The translations under genes were made by a program, and so were the position numbers. 64,000 nt of DNA, from assembly GCA_030704615.1 (NCBI GenBank), contig CM060734.1:49600001-49664000 (forward strand). Reading direction: 5' to 3'. Origin of the DNA: Takakia lepidozioides (lineage: Eukaryota > Plantae > Bryophyta). Of this stretch, positions 1 to 11,885 are shown piece after piece. The notes under the pieces are model-generated. The model saw only the letters and a program-made list of their open reading frames with translations, was not told the DNA's origin and ran no database searches. Numbering within the stretch: position 1 is the stretch's first letter; each line of letters opens with the position of its first letter.

Positions 1-1739
1 ACATATCAAATTGATGGCCTCAATGGGGCCTATCCAATGGTTCCAACCATTTCTTATCATTTGCTAAAACACGCCTTCATTCCCATGGAAGAAGAACACC
101 ATGAATAGTGCACAAGAAATCAAAGGCATAGGGAGAAAACCCCCCTTAAAATACTCGTACCAGGGACCAACAGTCCCTGGCGGGGTCCGCCGTAATATCC
201 AACAGTTAAAACCGATACCCCGCGGCCAGCGCTACGTGGCGCGACGTGACTGGCCCGCCGCCGGCGCGGGTCCAGTGGGTAATAGCAGGCTTTGTCGTCA
301 CTGCCGCTCGTGTCATACCTACGCGGGCCCAGTTATGGCGTCTGGTGCTGCCACGCAGTGTACCAGGAACCCGTACTTTGCTCCAGGGGTCAACTCCCCC
401 CACGGGGGAAGGCCGCGCCACCCATGTTAGATGCGCATTTCCATGGCGATTCTAGGCAACCTCCTTGGTTGACCTCCAGCCTAGAGGCGCCTAAGGCGCC
501 GGCACTTTAATGTTGGGCTCTACCTTTTTTAGCAACTCTCTACAAAATAGCTTAACCACTTATAAAGCTAGTTAGCACTGTCTCCTATGGTCCTCTATGG
601 CCAAGGGGCTTGTGAACATAGATATGAACTTAATAATATGGAAATTTTGGCGATAGCTTCGCTGTCTCATGCAATATGGCCGTTGCCACTAAGCTAGAAA
701 GGGAAATTTAACAAGAGTTTCGTCACTTCATGCAAGCTCGCCCTCTTCTTAAACATAATAATAGACATCTACCCTCACTTCCATGACGTAATTGGGTTAG
801 ATTCCTAAGGCCCTGTCTCCTAGGGCTTCACATCTGTGCTCTTCACACATGCACATAGAGATGCACACACATCTTCTTTGAAAGAGGGTTAGTTTTTATA
901 AATTTCTAGCAAGCAATGTTATAAGGTCCCTTTTTGGAACAAGCTTGAACAACAAATGAAACAAATGAATTCCAAGGTCAAGATAATATGGTAAGTCACC
1001 CTCTGAAACAAGTGGTGTTTGGGATGCACTAAATCACTCGGTAAAATGGTACTCAAATCCGGTCCTCCTCCAGCACTCCTACTCGTCCTCAAGTCTCTCA
1101 CTTTATGGAGTGCTTCCTCTACTTCTTGCCTCAAATGGCCACAAGGCCTTGAGCTAGGACTATCCTGCTCTCACTATACTTGCTTCTACTACTAAAGAGC
1201 CACAAGCTCAACCCTCTAGGATCTAGCTCCATCAAACTCAAAACTAACTACACAAACAAGAGGCCAAAGCAAATAAATGAGACTAGATGAAGAACAAGAG
1301 GAGCTTGCTCTTCTTTTATTGTGTTTTTGGGGCCTCTTAAACTAGTGAATGACAGTCTTAAACTATGATTTCCTACATGAGTCTATAATTTAAAAATGAT
1401 AGAACACCATAAAATAATAACCATGAATGGAAAACCTTGATGTCAATGATAAATCTGGTTTTTCATCCATCCAATGGATGACCAGCTGGCGCTAGGTTGT
1501 CTTCTCATCCCTCCAGCTTGTAGGTCGAATTTCCAGTTTTCATCAATTGGATGAACTAGAATTCCATTTAATCGCCTTTCGCAACTGCCTCCGGCTTGAT
1601 AATTTGATGTCATCTGTCATCACCTCCAAAAATCCCCAAACTTGGTGACAAATTATAATTAGATGCTTTGTAGCTGCCCGTAAATCTCAAGGGAATCGGG
1701 GAAGAAAAACCACACCTTTGGCTGGTTTCCATGGTTTCG

Positions 1740-2314
1740 TCATATAGGCAATTTGTCGCTTCCTGGCAGTAAAAATACTGGTGGTGCCCCCAGAGGGTCT
1801 TTGGCCCTGACACTGGGTCACAGATCATCTAGAATTCCCTCCTACACACTTTTCATCGCTGAGGAGTTCAAAACTTCGCCGAGAAGCTCCTTCATCCGTC
1901 GTTTGCTCCGATGCAGCACTTGCTTTGTCACGATATTTCATCGCTGTACAGATTGTTTCCTACAATTGCCAAGACTCCTCGCCGCGTGCTCCTACTAGAC
2001 TTGAAAGGCGGGAGAATGAGAGATCGAAATCCGAGACTGGAACAGTCGTCATATATTGTTTCGAACAGATGCATGTTGTCGTTACTAGTACCGAATTGGC
2101 AGCCTAACTCGCTGTCGATGCAGCTCCCTACGGTCATTTTGACGCCAGAGCTCCTCCATGCTCGTCTCAGACATAATTTAAATTCCTACGTGCTTTACCA
2201 GCGATTCCCAGATAACTCGCAAACTGCCATGCTTTGGCAGTACAATGCATAAACTGTCTGCCTTAAGATAAAAAACGATCTGAAAAGAAATTTGTACCAA
2301 TATATGCATCTACA
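1740..2314 (-). repeat. Dispersed repeat, probably an LTR end, homologous to 18973-19570 in inverted orientation
   Basis: The reverse complement begins TGTAGATGCATATATT, as does 18973. The two copies share blocks such as GGCGTCAA(A/G)ATGACCGTAGG, TTAGGCTGCCAATTCGGTAC and GTACAGCGATGAAATATCG. It abuts the truncated gypsy RT at 2315. Confidence 0.7.
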
Positions 2315-4312
2315 GTGTCTCCGATGGTGATCCGAAAGAAGAATGGAGGCCTAAGGGTATGCATGGACTTCCGCCCTCTTAACAAGGTAACACACAAGGA
2401 TCATTTTCTTTTGTCATTCATAAATACTTTGGTGGAAGAAGTAGCAGGGAAGGAGCTCTACTCCTTCATGGATGGATTCTCAGGGTACAATCAGGTGTTG
2501 ATTGACCCAAAGGACGTATTGAAAACCACCATTACTTCACCATGGGGCACCTTTGCCTATACACGGATACCTTTTGGCATGTGCAACGCACCCCTGACGT
2601 TTCAGAGGGTCGTGACGTATGCTTTCTCAGACATCGTGAGAAGAAATTTGGTCATCTTCTTAGATGACTTTTGTTGCAATGGAGATGCAAAAGATCACAT
2701 TGCAGCATTACGGGAATGCTTCATCCGGTGCAGGGAGAATGGGATCTCTCTGATCTGTCGCCACGCCATCTTTGGACACTATGTGCCCTAGTAGCAATCA
2801 GCAAAAGTGAGCATCATAGTCGAATTGCCCGCACCAGAGATATCATCTAAGGTGAAAGGGTTCCTTGGCCACACAGGGTGGTATAGGAAATTTATGGACA
2901 AGTATGCAGCAGAGGCCTTACCTCTGACTCGATTATTGAAGAAGAATCAGGTATTTTCCTGGGATACAGGGTGGCAAAAGTCTTTCGAAACACTCAAGCA
3001 GCGCTTGGTGTCCGCTCCCGTTTTGGCCGCTCCCGACTGGAACAGGCATTTCCATGTTTACGTTGATGCTTCAGCAGTAGCCGTAGGCGGTGCCCTGTGC
3101 CAACCAGATGCTGATGGTCATGATCATCCGATATCCTTCGTTAGTCGACAGCTGACATTCGCCGAAACGAGGTATAGCACCACGGAGCGGGAAGCTCTGG
3201 GAATGATTTTTGCCGTAAAGAAGTATCGGCATTATTTGTTGGAGACACCTTTCATTTTTTTAGTTGATCACATGGCATTACGATACTTGATCAACAAACC
3301 CGATTTGATGGGGAGAATAGTCAGGTGGGTTATTCTGCTTCAGGAATTCGACTACAAGATAGTCTACAAGCCCGGAAGGCTTAATGCTCAGGCCGATCAC
3401 TTTTCTCGATTGTCGGAGGAAACAGCGGACAAGCCTATTGACGATGACTTTCCGGAGCATTTTTGTTCTCCATAGAGACTGTTCCTCCATGGTCTGAACA
3501 CATAGCTTAGTATTTAAGCACCCTGAAATTTCCCCCAGGATTGGATCGACATGCGCGACGAAGGCTTCGACTGCGCAGCATGAAGTTTGCTCTTGTGGGA
3601 GGGCAACTTTATAGAAGGTGATTGGATGGACTCTTGAGGCGATGCGTCACCCCGGAGGAGATTCCCCAGATTTTAGAGTCAGCCCATGATAGCATGTGTG
3701 GAGGACACTTTGCAGGGCGGTTCACAGTGCATAAGGCTTTGAGGGCAGGATACTACTGGCCCTCCATGTTCAAAGATGCGCACATGCATGTGCAAAAATG
3801 CGACTCTTGTCAGAGGTACGCCTGCAAGCGGGGTAACATGCTCGGAATGCCGTTAGTTCTCACTCTCCCCCTTGCTCTGTTTGAGAAGTGGGGGATCGAC
3901 TATGTAGGGGAAGTGCACCCTGCATCGAGTCGGCAAAATCGCTACATCATTGTAGCCACTGAGTATCTGACCAAGTGGGCAGAAGCCAAAGCGGTTAAGA
4001 GGGCCAACGCACATGTAACCGCCTCTTTCATTTATGAATATATCATTTCCCGATTCGAATGCCCAAAAGAGATAGTGAATGACAGAGGATCTCACTTCAT
4101 CAACGACGTCATCGAGGAAATGATGGTGGCATTCTCCATCAAACATCGAAAGACGACCCCTTATCATCCACAAACGAGTGGGTAGGTGGAGCGCGCCAAC
4201 CAAACCCTGTGCAACATTCTCTCCAAGACAATCAGGGAGCACAAAAGGGATTGAGACACCAAGTTAATTTCGCCCTTGTGGGCATTTCGCACGACCCATA
4301 AGGTAACTACAG
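2315..4312 (+). mobile_element. Degenerate Ty3/gypsy pol fragment (RT, RNase H, integrase), non-chromovirus (Athila/Tat-like) type
   Basis: RT motifs CMDFRPLNK, DGFSGYNQ and FLDD. RNase H motifs VYVDAS and YSTTEREAL. Integrase HHCC (HDSMCGGHF...CDSCQ), WGIDYVG and TTPYHPQTSG. Broken by in-frame stops and truncated at both ends. Confidence 0.92.
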
Positions 4313-4327
4313 AGGGCTGGGACTTAG

Positions 4328-5053
4328 TGTCGCACACCTCAGTTCGGTAAACTCCCCTTCAAGTCATAGTTACTCGCTTTGATGCGCGCGCCTGACTCCC
4401 AACCTGGCCGCCGGGCCAACTTGGAGTTTCGGCTGCTCACCGGGACATAACGGTCCCCTTCCGCTTCCCTCTAAACCCTCCACCTATTTGGGACTAGGAG
4501 AATTCCCTTTGGTAGATGGCAGTCCGGAACAGCTCCCCACTCTTTGGTCGCTTTCCGGCTCGCTCGCTTACTCACTAGTTTTTGGTCACCAACGGGCTTG
4601 CACCGTTCTCGGGGTTACTACTCCCTATATATACTTCTGTAGCTGTCCGCGGGGGTTTCATAACCAGCCATGCCATTTTATGGCGAACCACCACGAAAAT
4701 CCTCGACTCCCGGTGGTGAGTCGCGGTGAGTCTTGGCCCACTCACCGCGGCCCTAATGGACCGTGATGAGTCCCAAGACTCCCCACGACTCCCACCTCGA
4801 GGTCTCCACCCCATGGTGAGTCCTATGCCACCCCCACTAAGTCCCACTAAGCTACCACCACCCCTTGTGGAGCCACCTCCACCGCAACCCGGTGTGCGGG
4901 GCTCCACCTAGTGAGCGCCTCCGCCTCCTTGAGTGCCTTGGGCACTCAAGGGTGCTTCAGCCCCCCCCATACCTATCGCTGCCGCTGCCCCCACCACAGG
5001 GGCAGCCCCTCATGTGTCCCGACCCCCTGCCCTCAAGGCAAAGGGCCGCGACA
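4328..5053 (-). repeat. 3' LTR of the chromovirus (726 bp)
   Basis: TGTCGCAC...CGCGACA. It appears identical to 10583-11307 except for one base in a G run. On the minus strand it is preceded by the polypurine tract GTTGGTAGGGGTGTG (about 5054-5068). Confidence 0.97.
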
Positions 5054-5961
5054 CACACCCCTACCAACAGGGAGTCGATGTCCTCATCGACTTTGTCCAT
5101 TTTGTAGAAACGAACATCCAAGTTGTGGCGTCCCACATCAAGGAGTTTGTTTCCGTACCATGGCGTCCCATGGCAAAGAACCAAACCCCACACTTGACTC
5201 CACTCTCCACTAGCTAGTTCGGCCGACTTCCTCCAAGTCCCGGCCAAGGGTGGAGCCTCTCCAGCTCCTCCCAGTGCACTCTTCTTGGCCTACTTCAAGG
5301 CCAAGGAACGATCCTCCCCGAGGATCGAATCGCCTTACTGCAACAACATTGCTTGCGATCGCTCATGATGCCGCTTTTGGCATCACCTTGAGCAAGGGTT
5401 CACCTGGAACCCTCTTTGACTAGGAAGATAACCTTGAACCAACCGTGCGCCCCAATCACTACAATTGGGTCCGCCTTGGAATGCTGGCCTGAGGTACGGG
5501 AACACGCCGAAGCCGCACTACGACTTCGTCCCGAGGCTACACGATTATAGTACGTGAACGGAAGCACGTAGCTTCCGCGTTAGCCCGCACTACAAGGCAA
5601 CCCCCTCGGTAGCGCAGTTATAGTACGCGCACGCGCCAGGTGCGCACTAGCACTTGAACTCCCAAATAAGGCGCAAGTTTCCTTGCCCCTTGGATGGGAG
5701 TCACCCGATTTCGGCACTGCGCAAACACACGATTAACCCAATTTACCTCTCCCACTTTTGTAAGCTAGCATGCATTCTACACACCAGCCAACCACACCAT
5801 GCATCACCATTCCAAACAACAATAGGACGCACAATATTTGGAACCCATTTCCTTTATCACAAATTTTTGTACAATACAAGTTTTTGCAATCGGATTCCTG
5901 AGCTAGCTAAACCGGGCTAAGCATGCATTTCCTCCCCCACGCTCCAAGGTTGATGTCCCCA

Positions 5962-8900
5962 TCAACGCTTCTTCCGCTTTTGAGGTCGCCCTTCGAACGC
6001 TGCAACTGCCTCGGATGCGTTTCCCATTTCTGAGGCACGCACCCAAGATGCCTCCACAAGATGATAGCCCTTCCATTTGACGAGATACTCCGTTTCTCGG
6101 TTCTTGAACCTCCTCGACTTAAGTATTGCCTCCACCTCGTACTCGGTTCATTTTCATGATCCAACAGCATAGGTGGCGGACGCAACACTTGCTGCCGATT
6201 CGGACGTGCTTCATCTTTGAAGTAAGGCTTCAAAAGGGAGACATGGAATACTGGGTGCACCTTGCTGTTTGCTGGCAGCTCCAATTCATACACATCCTCA
6301 TTCATAACCCTCCGAATGCGAAAGGGACCCGCATACGGAGGTACGAACTTCGGACTCATTTCCGGAGGTAGTCGAAAATTCTTGATGTTCAACCAGACCT
6401 CTGTGCCTGCCTCAAACTTCACTTCCCTCCGCTTCCGATTCGCCTGCCTTTCATACCGTTTCCTAGCTTTGGCAATGTTGTACTTTGCGAGCTTCAACAA
6501 ACGCTCGCGTTCTTCCAGTACCGCGCTACCGCCACTGCCGGTTCCTCAACGTCCTGGGCGGCCCAACTTGTCGGCACCAGAGGTGCTTTTCCATAGACCA
6601 ATACAAAGGGGAAACTCCCGTCGCGGAGTGTTCTGTGTTATTATATTACAGAACTCTGCCGCGTCTAAGTGTTCCATCCAGTCTGATTGGTCTGCCGACA
6701 CGTAATTCCGCAAGAATTGCTTCACTACGGAATTCACTCTTTCCGTTTGGCCGTCCGTCGTAGGTCGGAAGGCGGTGCTCATCTTCAGCCTCGTCCCCAT
6801 CTTCTTCCAAAGTGCTCTCCAGAATTTACTCGTAAACTTTGGGTCGCGGTCCGAGACAATATCCTTCGGGACTCCATGATGCTTTAAGACGTGGGCGAAG
6901 TAAAGTCGCCCTGTCTCCTGCGCAGTTGCCGTCTCCTTGGTGGGGATGAAATGGGCCATTTTACTGAACCTATCTACCACCACCATGATTGCATCGAATC
7001 CTTTTGACAGCGGCATAGCAGTCATGAAATCCATCGAGACGCTTTCCCAAGTCCCCTCTGGAATCGGCAAGGGTTGTAACAGCCCCGCTTGCTTTTTATA
7101 CTCGCTCCGGTTTTGTTGGCATGTGGTGCATGTCTTTACATACTCCTCTGCCTCCTCCCTCAGTTTGGGCCAGAAATACTCTTTCTTCAAGAGTGCCGCA
7201 GTGCGCTTGGCTCCACCGTGGCCCGCAAGCGGGCTATCATGGCATTCTCTCAAGAGACTATCCCTGATCCCTCCCTTTGGCACATAGAGACGTTTTTGCT
7301 TATACCGGAGCAGTCCGTTTTGCAAGTGGAACTGCGATTTAACCCCCATTCTCAAGTTCTGCATCACGCACTTTGCCAGCTCATCCTTCCGGCAAGCCTT
7401 CCGGATCTTCCTTTGGAGCGCCGTCTCGCCCTTGTACACCAACAAGAGCTGCTGCTTTCTACTTAAAGCATCGGCCACCACATTGTCCCGTCCCGGTTTG
7501 TACTGGATATCCACGTCGAACACTGCCAAAGTATCTTGCCACCTAAGTTGTTTTGGGGACAACTTGGGCTGCGTGGCAAAATACTTCACCGTGACATTGT
7601 TCGTGAACACCTTCACTGGGTTGGAACCAACATAGTGGCGCCAGAGTTCAAGGCAATGTACCACCGCCTTCATCTCTTTTTCGTGCGTCGGCCATCGTCG
7701 CTCCACTTCATTCAGTTTCTTACTTTCGTAAGCCACTGGACGTCCATCTTGCATAAGTACACCCCCAATTGCGAAGTCCGATGCATCTGTATGAATCTCA
7801 AACGGACGATCGAACTCCGGGATTTTAAGACTGGAGCTTCCGTCATCCGCTGCTTCAATTCAGCAAAAGCTTGGCCACAAAATGTGTTCCATACCCAGAC
7901 TTTGGATTTACACAGAAGGTCCGACAGCGGCCCCGCGATCTTGGCGAAATTTCTCACATACTTCCGGTAATAGGAGGCGAGTCCTAGGAAGGATCGCACT
8001 CCCGGGACCGAAGTCGGAGGCTCCCAGTCCAAGATCGCCCTCACCTTTCTGTCATCCATTTTGATCCCATCCTGTGTAATCACGTGCCCCAAGAACTCCA
8101 CTTTTGTGACCCCGAATTCGCACTTTGAAGCTTTGGCATACAGCTTCCCTTCTCGCAATTTTTGGAACACCCTTTTGAGGTGCTCCAGGTGCTCCTCCTT
8201 TGTTTTCGAGTACACCAAGATGTCGTCGATGTACACGATCACAAAGTCATCCAACCACTCCTGGAAAAGGCTGTTCATCAGCGTGCTAAATGTCGCTGGT
8301 GCATTGGTGAGCCCAAAAGGCATCACCAAGAACTCATATGAACCATACCTTGTCCTGCACGCGGTCTTCTCCTCATCTCCTTCCGCCACCCGAATTTGGT
8401 GATAGCCGGAGCGCAAGTCGATCCGGCTGAAATACTTCGCTCCTGCCAACCGATCGAAGAGGTCGTCGATCCTTGGCAAAGGGTACCGGTTTTTGATAGT
8501 CACCTTATTCAAAGCCCTGTAATCGACACACATCCGCAGCGTCCCATCCTTCTTGTCTGCAAATAGCACCGGGGCTCCGTAAGGTGACTTACTCGGCCGG
8601 ATGTACCCCTTTGACATTAGATCTTTGAGCTGAGTCTTCAGCTCGACCAACTCTTTGTGGCTCAACCGGTAGGGCGCCTTGGCAGGCGGTTCCGATCCGG
8701 TATCACCTCAATTTTGTGGTCAACTCCTCTTCGCGGTGGCAAGCCGCTTGGTAAATCCTCCGGCATCACATCCTGGTATTTCTCCAAAATCCCCTTGATC
8801 CAATCTGGGCTCGGCTCCCCATCGCCTTCTCCTTTCACTTCTCTAATGTAAAGCAAAAACTGGGACTCGTGTGTCTCCTCCACGGCCCACTCCTTTGCTG

Positions 8901-10527
8901 ATAGAAGGTTTATTCGCCCTCCCACGGATTTGGGCGTTTCCGACACTCGTAAAACCTCGCCACCATTCCCACATGGCAGCGTGACTACTCTCTTGCGGCC
9001 ATCTATGACCGCTCCGGATTTGCTCAAAAAGGTCATTCCCAAAATGAGATCCACTCCATCGATCTCGCAGATAGTGAAGTTCTCACGTCCCTCCCAACTC
9101 CCCAGTTGAAGAGGAACATCAAACGCCAACCTTGTCGCCAACTGAGGTTCTCCTTTGGCAGAGCGCACCTCAATAGAGGCCCCCACGTCACTTGTCGGGA
9201 GTCCCAACTTTCGCGCCGCCGCCGGCGTCATGAAGGAGTGCGACGCTCCTGTGTCCACCAACAACGACACATTAGTTCCGGATATTATTCCATCCACGAA
9301 CAATAACTGACTCCCTTTTCGTAAGGCGCCAGTTTCCTGATACAACTCACAAGAAAATTTGCCTACCTTGCAAGTCCTGGCGACCACCGCTTCCACCAAG
9401 CGACTGATGGTATCTTCCGACAGCTCCGTGGTCGCCCGAGTCATGTTCAATTGCCGGGGCTTCGTGCACTTCTTGGCCATGTGCCCGGGCTCCCCGCAAT
9501 TGAAACACACTCCATCAAAGGTCGCCTTCTGTCCGCCATAAGTCGCTCCACCCGCTTTTCCTTTCGAAGCACCGGGTGCCGCCTTGACGTGTGAAGGACC
9601 TCCCTTCGATTTCCACGTGCCATTTTCGCCGCGTGGCCTATCCCACTTCTTTTCCGGTCGGGAGGAGTCACCTTCCCGCCGGGTCTTCTTGTGGTTCAGC
9701 TCCGTACGGCCTTGTCTCTCACCCCTAGGGACATCCGAGAAACATTCAGCTCTCTCAATTGCCTCGTTCAAAGTCTTGGGTGGCTTCTCCTCCAACTTCC
9801 GCCTAGCCCATGGGGCCAGTCCCGCCACAAAGTTGAAGACCATTTCTGGTTCTGCCATGTCCGCGACTTCGAGCAACAGCACATTGAAAGCCTGGACATA
9901 CCCCCGAATGTCATCTGTTTGCTTCAAATTCCTCATCTTGTCCCGGGCAAGCCAGGACGCGTTGAGGGGCACAAACTGTCTCTTCATCAATTCCTTGAAC
10001 TCACTCCAGTTCAAGGTTTCCGGGCTTGGGCCTCGGTCGTGAAGGCGTTTCTGCCACCATTGTTGAGCATAGCCCCTCAAATAGGTAGGAGCCACTTCCA
10101 CCCGATCCTCGTCACTCAACTTGGCCGCCCGGAAGTACTGCTCTAGCTCCAGGAGCCAGGTGTTGAGTGCCTTCCGGTTTCGAACGCCCTCGAAGGTGCC
10201 GGGTTCCTTAGGCTTCACCTTAAACTTTGCCTTGGTGGAAGTGGCATTAGCCGCCTTCAACACGTCTTTCAACGTCCCGCCAAACTGCGCCAACAACCCT
10301 TCCCAAAAGGCTGCCGGCATGGGAGGCATCTCTTGGTTTGTCGGAGCTCTCAAAGATTCCTCGGGCTCCGACTCCTCGGATTCCTCCCGCTCCTGAGCGG
10401 CCTCGTTTTCGGAAACATTAATCGCTTCCTCAAACGGCCGCCTCGGTGACACGTCGCCCCCATCGGGCTCACCGGGATCATCATCTTTTGGGCCGTTCCG
10501 CTTTCGCTTCGGCTTGCCCGACCCCAT
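5962..10527 (-). CDS. Gag-Pol polyprotein of the chromovirus (frameshifted in this assembly)
   Basis: Gag zinc knuckle [14 protein letters not shown], protease [19 protein letters not shown], RNase H IHTDAS, integrase HHCC and SMDF, GPF motif, and a C-terminal chromodomain [34 protein letters not shown]. Joined from ORFs 8662-10590, 7712-8665, 6546-7754 and 5907-6500. Confidence 0.93.
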
Positions 10528-10568
10528 GATGAGGCCAATCCCAAGGACGATCGCGTACTGAACTCTAA

Positions 10569-10580
10569 GCTCTGATACCA
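10569..10580 (-). promoter_or_regulatory. Primer binding site complementary to tRNA-iMet
   Basis: TGGTATCAGAGC on the minus strand, 2 nt inside the 5' LTR. Confidence 0.95.
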
Positions 10581-10582
10581 AG

Positions 10583-11307
10583 TGTCGCACACCTCAGTTC
10601 GGTAAACTCCCCTTCAAGTCATAGTTACTCGCTTTGATGCGCGCGCCTGACTCCCAACCTGGCCGCCGGGCCAACTTGGAGTTTCGGCTGCTCACCGGGA
10701 CATAACGGTCCCCTTCCGCTTCCCTCTAAACCCTCCACCTATTTGGGACTAGGAGAATTCCCTTTGGTAGATGGCAGTCCGGAACAGCTCCCCACTCTTT
10801 GGTCGCTTTCCGGCTCGCTCGCTTACTCACTAGTTTTTGGTCACCAACGGGCTTGCACCGTTCTCGGGGTTACTACTCCCTATATATACTTCTGTAGCTG
10901 TCCGCGGGGTTTCATAACCAGCCATGCCATTTTATGGCGAACCACCACGAAAATCCTCGACTCCCGGTGGTGAGTCGCGGTGAGTCTTGGCCCACTCACC
11001 GCGGCCCTAATGGACCGTGATGAGTCCCAAGACTCCCCACGACTCCCACCTCGAGGTCTCCACCCCATGGTGAGTCCTATGCCACCCCCACTAAGTCCCA
11101 CTAAGCTACCACCACCCCTTGTGGAGCCACCTCCACCGCAACCCGGTGTGCGGGGCTCCACCTAGTGAGCGCCTCCGCCTCCTTGAGTGCCTTGGGCACT
11201 CAAGGGTGCTTCAGCCCCCCCCATACCTATCGCTGCCGCTGCCCCCACCACAGGGGCAGCCCCTCATGTGTCCCGACCCCCTGCCCTCAAGGCAAAGGGC
11301 CGCGACA
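10583..11307 (-). repeat. 5' LTR of the chromovirus (725 bp)
   Basis: Direct repeat of 4328-5053, adjacent to the PBS. Confidence 0.97.
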
Positions 11308-11371
11308 CTTAGCCTCTTTTTGTCTCCCGCGCTACCATATGTTTTTGTAGTATCGAGCCGAAGCAAGGAGA

Positions 11372-11885
11372 ACTTATGTCATGGAACGGGATGATCGCAG
11401 GATATGCAATGCAGGGGCGTGGGGTTGAGGCTTTGCGACCTATTCTTGAGCACGGATGCAGCTTTCTTGAGCTTATTCTCACAGGTATGAATATCTACTG
11501 CGTAGATTTGCTAACAACGTGAGCATACGCCATTGGATGTGTGGAATTTCTGAATGATGTAGGAAGGGCGAGGATATGCACAGTGGGGGCGTGGTAGAAG
11601 CCGGACCGGGTCACATTCGTTTAAGTTTGCAATATCACCCTCGTGGACATGTATGCGAAATGTGGGTGCATCGAGGATGTGAAGGGAGTTTGCAACAGTA
11701 TGGCTGAACGATGCTTACGGGGTATGCACAGCAAGGCCGCGGGAAGGAGGCTTTGGAGACCTACGATCAAATGATGGCAGAAGGGGTAAAGCCCGACCAC
11801 ATCACATTTGATTGCATTTGCAATGCATGCGTAAGCCTGGCAGCCCTGGAAAAGAGCAAAGAGGTCCATGGTGACATTGTCAAAT
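11372..11885 (+). pseudogene. PLS-class PPR gene fragment
   Basis: Remnants SWNGMIAGYAMQGRG, LVDMYAKCGCIEDVKGV and EGVKPDHITFDCICNAC with stops and frameshifts. Homologous to 15217-16530. Confidence 0.8.

Larger units (their letters stand above)
4328..11307 (-). mobile_element. Full-length, very recent Ty3/gypsy chromovirus (Galadriel-like)
   Basis: TG...CA LTRs at 4328-5053 and 10583-11307. 5-bp TSD CTTAG at 4323-4327 and 11308-11312. tRNA-iMet PBS and PPT are present, with gag-PR-RT-RH-INT-chromodomain in order. Confidence 0.97.

Noticed and set aside
4488-5247. Short Pro/Gly-rich ORFs repeated at 10743-11394 and 25517-25911
   Set aside because: These are chance ORFs in GC-rich LTR copies, and their frames are not preserved between copies.
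8657-8710. Programmed ribosomal frameshift between gag-PR and RT
   Set aside because: The break falls after the protease, within conserved coding sequence ([12 protein letters not shown]), and has no slippery heptamer. Similar 1-bp losses occur elsewhere in the element.
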